Source: Malacoraja senta (taxonomy: Eukaryota). Taken from it: a stretch of 64,000 bases of DNA. The stretch lies in contig CM075995.1 in the NCBI GenBank assembly GCA_038087875.1, forward strand, positions 8,868,001 through 8,932,000, in the 5' to 3' direction. A program made the position numbers and the translations under genes. Below are positions 1-12,240 of the stretch, piece after piece. A model generated the notes under the pieces. It saw only the letters and a program-made list of their open reading frames with translations. It was not told the DNA's origin and ran no database searches. Numbering within the stretch: the stretch's first letter is position 1; each line of letters opens with the position of its first letter.

Positions 1-332
1 ATCTGCAGTTCCTTCTTTCAACATTTTGAAATTAATGAACACCTGTTAGTTTAGTTTAGAGATACAGCATGGAAACAGGCCCTTCGGCCCACGCCGACCG
101 GCCATCCTAGAACACTAGTTCTCATCCACTCATCCTACACACGAGGGGGCCAATTAACCTACAAACCCGCACGTCTTTGGGATGTGGGAGGAATCCGGAG
201 GAAACTCTTGCTGTCACGGAGAACGTGCGAGCTCCACACCAGGTCAGGATTGAACCGGGGTCTCTGGTGCTGTGAGGCAGCGACTCTACTGCTGCACCAT
301 GGTGCCTGTGATCACCATGTGGTAGACAAAAA

Positions 333-803
333 TGCTGGAGTAACTCAGCGGGTCAGGCAGCATCGGTGGAGAACATGGATAGGTGACGTTTCACAGAGTG
401 CTGGAGTAACTCAGCGGGTCAGGCAGCATCTGTGGAGAACATGGATAGGTGACGTTTCACAGAGTGCTGGAGTAACTCAGCGGGTCAGGCAGCATCTGTG
501 GAGAACATGGATAGGTGACGTTTCACAGAGTGCTGGAGTAACTCAGCGGGTCAGGCAGCATCTGTGGAGAACATGGATAGGTGATGTTTCACAGAGTGCT
601 GGAGTAACTCAGCGGGTCAGGCAGCACCTGTGGAGAACATGGATAGGTGACGTTTCACAGAGTGCTGGAGTAACTCAGCGGGTCAGGCAGCATCTGTGGA
701 GAACATGGATAGGTGACGTTTCACAGAGTGCTGGAGTAACTCAGCGGGTCAGGCAGCATCTGTGGAGAACATGGATAGGTGACGTCTCGGATCGAGACCC
801 TTC
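333..803 (-). repeat. 66-bp tandem array (7 units), Penelope terminal-repeat derived
   Basis: Unit cacagagtgctggagtaactcagcgggtcaggcagcatctgtggagaacatggataggtgacgttt; degenerate hammerhead remnant at 780-803. Confidence 0.95.
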
Positions 804-837
804 CACTGACTGGATAATCTGATACCTTTCTCCACAG

Positions 838-1163
838 GACTGATAATTCACGAAGGAACAGCAATCTATCGGGTGTTCAAACGCTGGAGGGCTGTGAATC
901 TGCACTGGACGGTGTTGAATTACGACAAATCGAAAGATTTGGAAGTCAGCAGTGGCACGGCCGAGCGAACGGCCAGCCAGAACTTTTGGTCGTCGCTGAA
1001 CCAGATGGGTAGGCAGCGGCCGGCAGCTTCCACCAGGCTGATGACAGAACAGTTCCAATGCAGCTATACCTTGTTGCATCTACTCACTCGCCTCAGGCCA
1101 CACGATGAGGACGATGACGACAACAGCTCTGCCGAGGTGGTCATGAGGGTAACGACGGTATGA
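838..1163 (+). CDS. MARCHF11: Terminal coding exon of a MARCH4/9/11-family membrane E3 ubiquitin ligase, closest to MARCHF11
   Basis: Acceptor tttctccacag ends at 837. The exon reads (G)LIIHEGTAIYRVFKRWRAVNLHWTVLNYDK...FQCSYTLLHLL...NSSAEVVMRVTTV*, matching the recalled MARCH11 C-terminus (RVFKRWRAVNLHW, YxxL motif, PDZ-binding VTxV). Upstream exons lie outside the window. Confidence 0.85.
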
Positions 1164-1284
1164 AAGTGTGCTCCTCATGTCCAGAGAACTCACCTAATAC
1201 ATATGTTTATTCCTGCCTTTGTACGCCCACATCAAACAAGTATACGGGATAAAGAAATGTAATATATTTAAAAATCCTTTTATA

Positions 1285-1290
1285 AATAAA
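1285..1290 (+). terminator. Candidate polyadenylation signal (AATAAA) of the MARCHF11-like gene
   Basis: AATAAA 122 nt after the stop in an AT-rich UTR, with U/GU-rich sequence downstream. Confidence 0.5.
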
Positions 1291-1537
1291 ATGCGTGTAC
1301 TTTTGATATGGTGCATACCTACCAGTGTAATATATATATATTTTTAAGACATTAAAAATGTTGGTTGATTTCTGTCTATAACTTAATATATTAGTCAAAT
1401 GGTTTTTCTTTCACGCTGATCATTGTTTTAAAAGACAAAACATGGCAAAATACATTCCTGAATTGTAATATGGCCGGTCAAAGTTCCTAATTATCACATA
1501 GAAACAAGGAAGTGCAGATTCAGCTTTATACCAAAGA

Positions 1538-2135
1538 CAGAGTGCTGGAGTAACTCAGCGGGTCAGGCAGCATCTGTGGAGAACATGGATAGGTGACATT
1601 TCACAGAGTGCTGGAGTAACTCAGAGGGTCAGGCAGCATCTGTGGAGAACATGGATAGGTGACGTTTCACAGAGTGCTGGAGTAACTCAGGGGGTCAGGC
1701 AGCATCTGTGGAGAACATGGATAGGTGACGTTTCACAGAGTGCTGGAGTAACTCAGGAGGTCAGGCAGCTTCTCTGGAGAAAGTGGATGGATGACATTTC
1801 GCGTCGGGACAGTCTTCAGTCTGAAGCATCTTCATTTTTCAGTCTGAAGAAGGGTCCCGAACAGAAACGTCACCTATCCATGTTCTCCACAGATGCTGCC
1901 TGACCCGCTGAGTTACTCCAGCACTCTGTGAAACGTCACCTATCCATGTTCTCCACAGATGCTGCCTGACCCGCTGAGTTACTCCAGCACTCTGTGAAAC
2001 GTCACCTATCCATGTTCTCCACAGATGCTGCCTGACCCGCTGAGTTACTCCAGCACTCTGTGAAACGTCACCTATCCATGTTCTCCACAGATGCTGCCTG
2101 ACCCGCTGAATTACTCCAGCACTCTGTGAAACGTC
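1538..2135. repeat. Two head-to-head 66-bp arrays (about 4+4 units)
   Basis: 1538-1800 and 1864-2135 are in opposite orientation. Confidence 0.95.
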
Positions 2136-4637
2136 CTTGCATTTCATGGTCTCAATGACTTGCCTTGACTTGGAGCAGCTTTTGACATTAGCATTTACCA
2201 GTCAATCTATTTTAGAGTAACGCACATTGGTGGAACAGCTCCTCATGGGCACCTTACAGCCCAGCGGTATGAATGTTGATTTCTCTAATTTCAAGCAGCC
2301 CTTGCATTCCCTCTCTCCCTGACCCTCTCCCATCCGTCATCCTGCAAGTTTCAGTGTTCCTATCCCTTCGTCACCACCTCTTGCACAGCCAACCTTTCCT
2401 GGGTCATAGGTCACAGTAGCAGAATTAGGCCATTCAGCCCATCAAGTCTACTCTGCCATTCAATCATGGCTGATCCACCTTTCCCTCTCAACCCCATTCT
2501 CCTGCCTTCTCCCCATAACCCTTGACACCCGTACTAATCTGTCAATGTTCTCTTTCAAAAACATCCATTGACTTGGCCTCCACAGCCGTCTGTGGCAATG
2601 AATTCCACAAATTCACCACCCTCTGACCAAAGAAATTCCTCCTCGTCTCCTATCTAAAGGCACGTCTTAGCTCTTAGGGCTAAAGGAATCAAGGGTTATG
2701 GGGGAAAAGCGGGAACGGGGCACTGATTTTTGGTGATCAGTTGGCTCGATGGGCTTCGCCACCTATTTTTCTATGTTTCTATGTCCTTTTATTCTGAGGC
2801 TATGCCCTCAGGTCCTAGACACTCCCACTAGTGGAAACATCCTCTCCACATCCACTCTATCCAGGCCTTTCACTATTCCATACGTTTCGATGAGGTTCCC
2901 CCTCTCCTGAAGGGTGTCGGAGATCAGGGGGACTTTGGCGACCCTGTTCACCACACTTGTGGTTCTTGGTTTGAGAACAGCTCCATCCAAGACTGCAAGA
3001 AATTGCAGTGAATTGTGGACACAGCCCAGACTATCGCACAAGGACCAGTCTCACCCCCGGCCACTCCCTCCTTCTCCCCTCTCCCATCAGCAAAAGGTAT
3101 AGAAGTGTGAAAACAAAAACGCACACCTCCAGATTCAGGGACAGTTTCTTCCCAGCTGTTATCAGGCAACTGAATCATCCTACCACAACCAGAGAGCGGT
3201 CCTGAACTACTATCTACCTCATTGGTGACCCTCACACTATGTTTGATCGGACTTTACTGGCTTTACCTTGCCCTTTATCATTCATCTATAAACTATAAAT
3301 GACACGATTGTAATTGTGTATAGTCTTTCCGCTGACTGGTTAGCACGCAACAAAAAGCTTTTCACTGTACCTCGGTACACGTGACAATAAACAAAACTAA
3401 ACTGAACTAGAGCATCCAGCTGCAGTTCCTGACTGGACTGCATAAGTGAAGTGTAACTGGACACACGAAGGATCATCTGTCTTTAGTCAGAGGGTGGTGA
3501 ATATGTGGAATTCATTGCCACAGATGGCTGTGAAGGCCAGGTCAATGGGTATTGACGTGAAGATTGACAGGTTCTTGAGTAGTATGTTCATTTTTATGGG
3601 TTATAGGAGCAGAATTAGGCCATTCGGCCCATCAATTCCACTCCGCCATTCAATCATGGCTGATCTATTTTTTCCCTCTCAATCCCATTCTCCTGCCTTC
3701 TCCCCATAACCTTTGATGCCCTAAGGGTGACACTTTGAGTGGAGTTAAAGACCGCGTTAGAGAACTGGATCAGCAACTGGATGACCCTCAAGGGCATCCA
3801 GGAGAATGAGAGCTTGTTAGATATGAGTCAGTATAGTTTATTGTCACGTGTACCGAGATATAATGAGAAGCTTTTGTTGCGTGCTAACCAGTCAGCGGAA
3901 AGACAAAACGTGATTACAATCGAGATCAGCCGTGACTGAATGGCAGAACAAACACGATGGGCCAAATGGCCTTATTCTACTCCAATGTCTTCTGGTTCAA
4001 TGGCACTTAATTGTAACCAGTATCCGACGGCACGGTGGCGCAGCGGTAGAGTTGCCTTAAAGCGCTCACAGCACCAGATACCTGGGTTCGAACCCGACCA
4101 CGGGTGCTGTCTGTGCGGAGTTTGCATGTTCTCCCTGTGACCGCGTGGGTTTTCTCCGGGTGCTTCGGTTCCCTACCACCCCCCAAAGAGTGCAGATTTG
4201 AAGGTTAATTGGCTTCGGTAAAATTATAAATTGTCCCGAGTGCGTACGACAGTGTTACTTTACGGGGTGATCGCTGGTCGGCGCGGTCTTGGTGGGTCGT
4301 ACAGCGTGGAAACAGGCCCTTCGGCCCACTGAGTCCGCGCCGACCATTGATCACACGTTCACACTGGAGTCATAGAGTGATACAGCGTGGAAACAGGCCT
4401 TTTGGCCCAACTTGCCCACACCGACCACCGCTAGCCCCACCTACCTGCGTTTGCCCCATATCCCTCTATACCTGTCCCATCCATGTACAGAGAGGTGGGT
4501 GCCTGGAACGCGCTACCAGTTTTGGTGGTGGAGGCAGATACGATAGTGGCGTTTAAGAGGCGCATGGAAGTGCAGGGAATAGAGGGACATGGGTCACGTT
4601 CAGGCAGATGAGATTAGTTTAACTTGGTGTTATGTTC

Positions 4638-5058
4638 TTCTCTGTGGATTATCACCTTGTCATGGTGGAGAAGCTTGTGTGGACCTGAGATCCTGAGAGC
4701 GATGCCGTCTGGAGCTATGCTCCTGTTAGGGTCACCCATGGCGGTAAGGTCGAGGGGAGGTCTCTGACAAAGAGCCAATCCAACCAAGACCTCAACGGTG
4801 GAACAGGCGGAGGCTGACCTTAGTGGAGCATGACAACGGCTGGGAAGGCGGATGAAGGCTGCAGCAGAAAAGGGTCTCCGGTCGTCTTGGACTCCATGCC
4901 ACTGGATCCTGACCCAGATCTGTCAAGGACAGTGGGGTGGCTGTCTGTGCACCAGTCTCCCCACGTTAAACAAAGTCACGCACAGGCATCCTCCAACCCT
5001 GGAGACACCCATGGTCAGCCATGACCGAAGGGGGCCTTAGACTAAAGAAAGGAAAAAC
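4638..5058 (+). mobile_element. ~420-bp non-autonomous element with an RTE (BovB/Rex3-like) 5'UTR-like head
   Basis: TSD tatgttc (4631-4637, 5059-5065). Head CACCTTGTCATGGTGGAG...TGACAAAGAGC resembles recalled RTE 5' regions. No ORF. Confidence 0.7.
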
Positions 5059-5560
5059 TATGTTCGGCACAGACATTGTGGGCCGAAGGGCCCGTTCTTG
5101 TGCTGTAACGTTCTATGGTGAATCTGTGGAATTCATTGCCACAGACGGCTGTGGAGACCAAGTCAATAGATATTTTTAAGGCAGAGATAAATAGATTCTT
5201 GATTAGTACGGGTGTCGGGGGTTATGGGTAGAAGGCAGGAGAATGCGGTTAGGAGGGAAAGATAGATCAGCCATTATTGAATGGCAGAGTAGACTTGATG
5301 GGCCGAATGGCCTAATTCTGCTCCTACAACTTATGAACAAGAACTATGTCTATGTACTATTCTATGTCCCATGTAAGGAATAAAATCAAGATCACATTGA
5401 ATGGCGGTGCTGGCTCGAAGGGCAGAATGGCCTACTCCTGCACCTATTGTCTATTCCTGCACCTGTTGTCTATTGTCTAAAATCTCATCAGTGACAACCA
5501 GGAAAATCACACACACACACAAAAAAAACTTCAATTAAATAGTTTTATGCTTAGAAATAC

Positions 5561-5566
5561 TTTAAT
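5561..5566 (-). terminator. Candidate TMEM108 polyadenylation signal (ATTAAA)
   Basis: ATTAAA on the minus strand ~175 nt after the stop, followed by T-rich and (GT)n tracts (5508-5528). Confidence 0.5.
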
Positions 5567-5740
5567 TTTATAAAGCACTGTTTTGCAAAGTCTTCTTTAC
5601 ACATATATAAAAAGAGATCTGTGAGGTTTTGAAGCTGCAGGCTGTTGGTGGAGGGAGTTGGCCAGGTGTGATAAATACCTTGGAGCAGTTACAGAAAGCT
5701 CAGCGGGACCCTGCCTTCCTGTGGCCACCACTCAGAACTT

Positions 5741-5875
<135 letters not shown>

Positions 5876-6790
5876 TCACAGCCCGATCTCTCTTATTTCA
5901 CACTAGAAATAATCATGGAATCAAAAGACCAAGGATGAGACTCACCCCCGGTCACTCCCACCCTTCTCCAACCTCCCTTCCATCGACTCCATCTACACAT
6001 ATCATGACTGCCTCGGCAAGGCCAGCAGCACAAACGAGGACCAGTCTCAAGCCCCCGCACAGGCAAACCGCAAAATGTTTCGAGTTTCGAGATGCAGCGC
6101 GGAAACAGGCCCTTCGGCCCACCGGGTCCTCACAGGCCAGCGATCCCCACACATTAACACCATCCTACACACACTAGGGACAATTTACACTTATATAAAG
6201 CCGATTCACCTACAAACCTGCACCTCTTTGGAGTGTGGGAGTAAACCGAAGATCTTGGAGAAAACCCACGGGGAGAACGCACAAACTCCGTACAGACAGC
6301 ACCCGTAGTCGGGATCGAACACGGGTCTCCGGCGCTGCATTGGCTGTAAGGCAGCAACACGACCGCTGCGCCACCGTGACCGCCCTGAATGTGCCCCAAA
6401 TAGTTAAGTAATGATGTCTCTCCCCGGCCATTCCCTCTTCTCCGCTCTCCCATCAGGCAAGAGGTACAGAAGTGTGAAAACGCACACCTCCAGATTCAGG
6501 GACAGTTTCTTCCCAGCTGTTATCCATCAGGCAACTGAACCATCCTATCACCAGCAGGAGAGTGGTTTTGAGCTGCTATCTACCTCATTGGAGACCCTGG
6601 GACTATCTTTAATCGGACCTTACTGGACTTTAACTTGCACGAAACATTATCACCTTTATCCTGCATCTGTACACTGTGGATAGAGACACAAGTTGCTGGA
6701 GTAACTCAGAGGGTCAGGCAGCATCTCTGGAGAAAAGGAGTAGATGATGTTTCGGGTCAAGACCCTCCATCAGACTGAGGCTCAATGTAA

Positions 6791-7027
6791 AGGGCCTGTC
6801 CCACTTGGCGGTCTTTTTTGGCGACTGCCGGCGTCATATCAGTGTCGCCAAAAGATTTTGAACATTTCAAAATCCAGCGGCGACAAAAAAATGTTGCGGC
6901 ACTTGAAAAAACACCGCGCGTCTATACGTCATCACGCCGCGTCACGCCGTGGATTTTTCGGTGACCTGATACTTCAGTCAATGATGCCGGCAGTCGGCAA
7001 AAACAATCGCCAAGTGGGACAGGACCT
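6791..7027. mobile_element. PIF/Harbinger-type MITE
   Basis: TIR agggcctgtcccacttggcg / cgccaagtgggacaggacct, left flank TAA; sister copy at 28252-28478. Confidence 0.8.
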
Positions 7028-7527
7028 AGAGTGAAAAGCTTTTGTTGCGTGCTAACCAGCCTGCGGAAAGACAATACATGGTTACAGTCAAGCCGTCTAC
7101 AGTGTATAGATACAGTACATGATAAGGGAATTACGTTTGGTGCAAGGTAAAGCCAGGAAAGTCCGATCAAAGATAGTCCGAGGCTCCCCAATGAGATAGC
7201 TAGTAGTTCAGGACTGCTCTCTAGTTGTTGATAGGATGGTTCAGTTCTTTAGTTGTGGTAGGATAGTTTGATTGCCAGGACTCGAGGGCCTGAGCTACAG
7301 GGAGAGGTTGAGCAAGCTGGGACTCTATTCCTTGGAGCGCAGGAGGGGTGAGGGGTGATCTTACAGAGGAGTACAAATTCGTGAGAGGAATAGAGACGCA
7401 GAGAGTCTCTTGCCCAGAGTAGGGGAATCGAGAATCACTGTATGATTCTATGATTGCTCACTTAGTAATTTTTGATCACTCAAAGCTGCTGCCTTTATCA
7501 ATCCTTCTGAGTGAAGAAGTTGCCTGT

Positions 7528-7868
7528 GGTCCGAAAGCCGTTGGAGAGGTCGCTGAGGGAGGAGCTACAACCGAGCGGTAGGACTTAAAAAGGAGCGCGG
7601 GGGCTTGTTCCTTACAGAGGTCCGAAAGCCGTTGGAGAGGTCGCTGAGGGAGGAGCTACAACCGAGCGGTAGGACTTAAAAAGGAGCGCGGGGGCTTGTT
7701 CCTTACAGAGGTCCGAAAGCCGTTGGAGAGGTCGCTGAGGGAGGAGCTACAACCGAGCGGTAGGACTTAAAAAGGAGCGCGGGGGCTTGTTCCTTACAGA
7801 GGTCCGAAAGCCGTTGGAGAGGTCGCTGAGGGAGGAGCTACAACCGAGCGGTAGGACTTAAAAAGGAG
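7528..7868 (+). repeat. 91-bp tandem monomers (~3.75 identical copies) in the CR1 5'UTR
   Basis: Unit starts ggtccgaaagccg at 7528, 7619, 7710 and 7801. Confidence 0.95.
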
Positions 7869-7983
7869 TACCCAAATCGGCAACGTTCCACTTCAAAAAC
7901 AAGTGGTTTTGAGGAAGCCGCTGATTGGTGGACGCAGATAAGAGAGAGCAGCTGATTGAGAGTCAGATCCCTGCTGATTGTAC

Positions 7984-8165
7984 TGTATTGTAGCAGTTTG
8001 TTTTGTATTGTAGCAGTTTGTTTTGTATTGTAGCAGTTTGTTTTGTATTGTAGCAGTTTGTTTTGTATTGTAGCAGTTTGTTTTGTATTGTAGCAGTTTG
8101 TTTTGTATTGTAGCAGTTTGTTTTGTATTGTAGCAGTTTGTTTTGTATTCTAGCAGTTTGTTTTA
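7984..8165 (+). repeat. 20-bp tandem repeat (TGTATTGTAGCAGTTTGTTT)~9 in the CR1 5'UTR
   Basis: Directly visible, immediately upstream of ORF1. Confidence 0.95.
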
Positions 8166-8189
8166 TATTCTATCCAGGGTAAGGGGAGT

Positions 8190-9125
8190 ATGACAGCCAG
8201 GGCAGTTTACTGTTCTGGATGTCAGATGTGGGAAGTCAAGGAGTCTGTTAGCCCTCCAGACGTCCACATCTGCGCCAGGTGTATCGAGATGGGGCTCCTA
8301 ATGGACCGTATTAGGAACCTGGAGCAGCAGCTCGATGACCTCCGTCTGGTCAGGGAGAGCGAGGAAGTCATTGAGAGGAGTTACAGGGATGTGGTCACTC
8401 CAACACCACAGGAGGCAGGCAAGTGGATCACGGTTGGGAGAGGCAAGGGGCACAGGCAGGGACTAGAGAGTACCCCGGTGGCTGTACACCTTGACAATAA
8501 GTACTCCTGTTTGAGCACTGTTGGGGTGGACAGCCTACCTGGGGGTAGCGACAGCGGCCGGGCCTCTGGTATAGAGACCGGTCCTGTTGCTCAGAAGGGT
8601 AAGGAAAAGAAGAGGAGGGCAATATTAATAGGGGACTCTATAGTTAGGGGGTCAGACAGGCGATTCTGTGGACGCAGTCGGGAGACCCGGATGGTAGTTT
8701 GCCTCCCTGGTGCCAGGGTCTGTGATGTGTCCCAACGTGTCCAAGATATCCTGAAAGGGCAGGGAGAGGAGCCCGAGGTCGTGATACATATAGGTACCAA
8801 TGACATAGGTAAAAAAAGAGAAGAGGTCCTGAAAGGAGAATTTAGGGAGTTAGGAGGGGAGTTAAAGAGAAGGACAGCAAAGGTAACAATCTCGGGATTA
8901 CTGCCTGTACCACGCGACAGTGAGAGTAGGAATGGAGCGAGGTGGAGGATAAATGCGTGGCTGAAGGACTGGTGCAGAAGGCAGGGATTCAAATTTCTGG
9001 ATCATTGGGACTTCTTTTGTGGAAGGTTCGACCTGTACAAAAAGGATGGGTTGCACTTGAACCTGAGGGGGACCGATATCCTGGCGGGGAGATCTGCAAA
9101 GGCTACTGGGGAGACTTTAAACTAG
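8190..9125 (+). CDS. CR1 ORF1 (CxxC...CxxC zinc finger/leucine zipper + SGNH esterase domain)
   Basis: CSGC...CARC, GDSIVR, HIGTND and DGLHL motifs; 311 aa, intact. Confidence 0.9.
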   Translation: MTARAVYCSGCQMWEVKESVSPPDVHICARCIEMGLLMDRIRNLEQQLDDLRLVRESEEVIERSYRDVVTPTPQEAGKWITVGRGKGHRQGLESTPVAVHLDNKYSCLSTVGVDSLPGGSDSGRASGIETGPVAQKGKEKKRRAILIGDSIVRGSDRRFCGRSRETRMVVCLPGARVCDVSQRVQDILKGQGEEPEVVIHIGTNDIGKKREEVLKGEFRELGGELKRRTAKVTISGLLPVPRDSESRNGARWRINAWLKDWCRRQGFKFLDHWDFFCGRFDLYKKDGLHLNLRGTDILAGRSAKATGETLN

Positions 9126-12100
9126 AATGGTTGGGGGGAGGGACTCAAATAGAGAATGCTATTAGACAGTGTGTGAGGCAGGAGGCAGAGAAGGAAAGCA
9201 CTCAGACCCAACATGTAGGGGGGAAAGAAGAAAACAATAATAAACAGAGAATAAGAGGTGGTGGGGTTCTTAAATGGGTGAGCAGAGAAACAGAGGGGTG
9301 TAAAATGCGGGCGGAAGCAATAGGTAGCAAGGTGAAAGGTAAAAGTGGCAGGCAGACAAATCCAGGACAAAAATCAAAAAGAGCCACTTTTCAACATAAT
9401 TGTATAAGGGGTAAGAGCGTTGTAAAAACAAGTCTGAAGGCTTTGTGTCTCAATGCAAGGAGCATTCGTAATAAGGTGGATGAGTTGAACGTGCAGATAG
9501 CAATTAATGATTATGATATAGTTGGGATCACGGAGACATGGCTCCAAGGTGACCAAGGCTGGGAGCTGAACATCCAGGGATATTCAATATTCAGGAGGGA
9601 TAGAGAGAAAGGAAAAGGAGGTGGGGTGGCGTTGCTGGTTAGAGAGGAGATTAACGCAGTGGAAAGGAAGGACATTAGCTTGGAGGATGTGGAATCGGTA
9701 TGGGTAGAGCTGCGAAACACTAAGGGGCAGAAAACGCTGGTGGGCGTTGTGTACAGGCCACCTAGCAGTAGTAGTGAAGTTGGGGATGGCATCAAACAGG
9801 AAATTAGAAATGCGTGCAACAAAGGCAAAACAGTTATAATGGGTGACTTCAATCTACATATAGATTGGGTGAATCAAATTGGCAGGGGTGCTGAGGAAGA
9901 GGATTTCTTGGAATGTATGAGGGATAGTTATCTAAACCAACATGTAGAGGAACCAACGAGAGAGCAGGCTATTCTAGACTGGGTATTGAGTAATGAGGAA
10001 GGGTTAGTTAGCAGACTTGTTGTGCGTGCCCCCTTGGGAAAGAGTGATCATAATATGGTTGAGTTCTTCATTAGGATGGAGAGTGACATTGTTAATTCAG
10101 AAACAACGGTTCTGAACTTAAAGAAAGGTAACTTTGAGGGTATGAGACATGAATTGGCCAAGATTGACTGGCAATTAGTTCTAAAAGGGTTGACGGTGGA
10201 TATGCAATGGAAGGCATTTAAAGACTGCATGGATGAACTACAAAAATTGTTCATCCCAGTTTGGCAAAAGAATAAATCAAGGAAGGTAGTGCATCCGTGG
10301 ATAACAAGGGAAATCAGGGATAGTATCAAAGCAAAAGATGATGCGTACAAATTAGCCAGAAAAAGCAGCATACCAGAGGACTGGGAGAAATTCAGAGACC
10401 AGCAGAGGAGGACAAAGGGCTTAATTAGGAAAGGGAAAATAGATTATGAAAGGAAACTGGCAGGGAACATAAAAACTGACTGCAAAAGTTTTTATAGATA
10501 TGTGAAGAGAAAGAGATTAGTTAAATCAAATGTAGGCCCTTGCAGTCAGAAACAGGTGAATTGATCATGGGGAACAAGGATATGGCAGACCAATTGAATA
10601 ACTACTTTGGTTCCGTCTTCACTAAGGAAGACATAAATAATCTGCCGGAAATAGCAGGGGGCCGCGGGTCAAAGGAGATGGAGGAACTGAGTGAAATCCA
10701 GGTTAGTCGGGAAGTGGTGTTGGGTAAATTGAATGGATTAAAGGCCGATAAATCACCAGGGCCAGATAGGCTGCATCCCAGAGTACTTAAGGAAGTAGCT
10801 CCAGAAATAGTGGATGCATTAGTGATAATTTTTCAAAACTCTTTAGATTCTGGAGTAGTTCCTGAGGATTGGAGGGTAGCAAACGTAACCCCACTTTTTA
10901 AGAAGGGAGGGAGAGAGAAAACGGGGAATTACAGACCAGTTAGTCTAACATCGGTAGTGGGGAAACTGCTAGAGTCAGTTATTAAAGATGGGATAGCAGC
11001 ACATTTGGAAAGTGGTGAAATCATTGGACAAAGTCAGCATGGATTTACGAAAGGTAAATCGTGTCTGACGAATCTTATAGAATTTTTCGAGGATGTAACT
11101 AGTAGAGTGGATAGGGGAGAACCAGTGGATGTGTTGTATCTGGACTTTCAGAAGGCTTTCGACAAGGTACCACATAAGAGATTAGGATACAAACTTAAAT
11201 CACACGGTATTGGGGGTTCAGTATTGATGTGGATAGAGAACTGGCTGGCAAACAGGAAGCAAAGAGTAGGAGTAAACGGGTCCTTTTCACAATGGCAGGC
11301 AGTGACTAGTGGGGTACCACAAGGCTCAGTGCTGGGACCCCAGCTATTTACAATTTATATTAATGATCTGGACGAGGGAATTGAAAGCAACATCTCCAAG
11401 TTTGCGGATGACACTAAGCTGGGGGGCAGTGTTAGCTGTGAGGAGGATGCTAGGAGACTGCAAGGTGACTTGGATAGGCTGGGTGAGTGGGCAAATGTTT
11501 GGCAGATGCAGTATAATGTGGATAAATGTGAGGTTATCCACTTTGGTAGCAAAAACGGGAAGGCAGACTATTATCTAAATGGTGGCCGATTAGGAAATGG
11601 GGAGATGCAGCGAGACCTGGGTGTCATGGTACACCAGTCATTGAAAGTAGGCATGCAGGTGCAGCAGGCAGTGAAGAAAGCGAATGGTATGTTGGCCTTC
11701 ATAGCAAGAGGATTTGAGTATAGGAGCAGTGAGGTTCTACTGCAGTTGTACAGGGTCTTGGTGAGACCACACCTGGAGTATTGCGTACAGTTTTGGTCTC
11801 CAAATCTGAGGAAGGACATTATAGCCATAGAGGGAGTGCAGAGAAGGTTCACCAGACTGATTCCTGGGATGTCAGGACTTTCATATGAAGAAAGACTGGA
11901 TAGACTTGGCTTATACTCGCTAGAATTTAGGAGATTGAGAGGGGATCTTATAGAAACGTACAAGATTCTTATGGGGTTGGACAGGCTAGATGCAGGAAGA
12001 TTGTTCCCGATGTTGGGGAAGTCCAGGACAAGGGGTCACAGCTTAAGGATAAGGGGAAAATCCTTTAAGACCGAGATGAGGAAAAACTTTTTCACACAGA

Positions 12101-12240
12101 GAGTGGTGAATCTCTGGAACTCTCTGCCACAGAGGGTAGTTGAGGCCAGTTCATTGGCTATATTTAAGAGGGAATTAGATGTGGCCCTTGTGGCTAAAGG
12201 GATCAGGGGGTATGGAGAGAAGGCAGGTACGGGATACTGA
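9116..12240 (+). pseudogene. CR1 ORF2 (endonuclease + reverse transcriptase) with a single 1-nt frameshift near 10538
   Basis: Endonuclease motifs NARS, ITETW, MGDFN, SDH in 8942-10564; RT motifs YLDFQKAFD, GVPQGSVLGP, FADD in 10540-12240. Frames switch at ggccct (expected GPLQSE). Confidence 0.9.

Noticed and set aside
333..803. CRISPR-like array
   Set aside because: Units are contiguous with no unique spacers, there are no cas genes, and the context is vertebrate
184..822. ORFs with (SQSAGVTQRVRQHLWRTWIGDV)n repeats (also 17546, 30012, 51895, 61011)
   Set aside because: By-product of a 66-nt unit lacking stops in one frame; no consistent start, splice context or orientation
7528..7868. 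Hammerhead in the 91-bp CR1 monomers (CTGAGGGA...GGTCCGAAAGCCGTT)
   Set aside because: Core deviates from CUGANGA, and stems I and III cannot be formed convincingly
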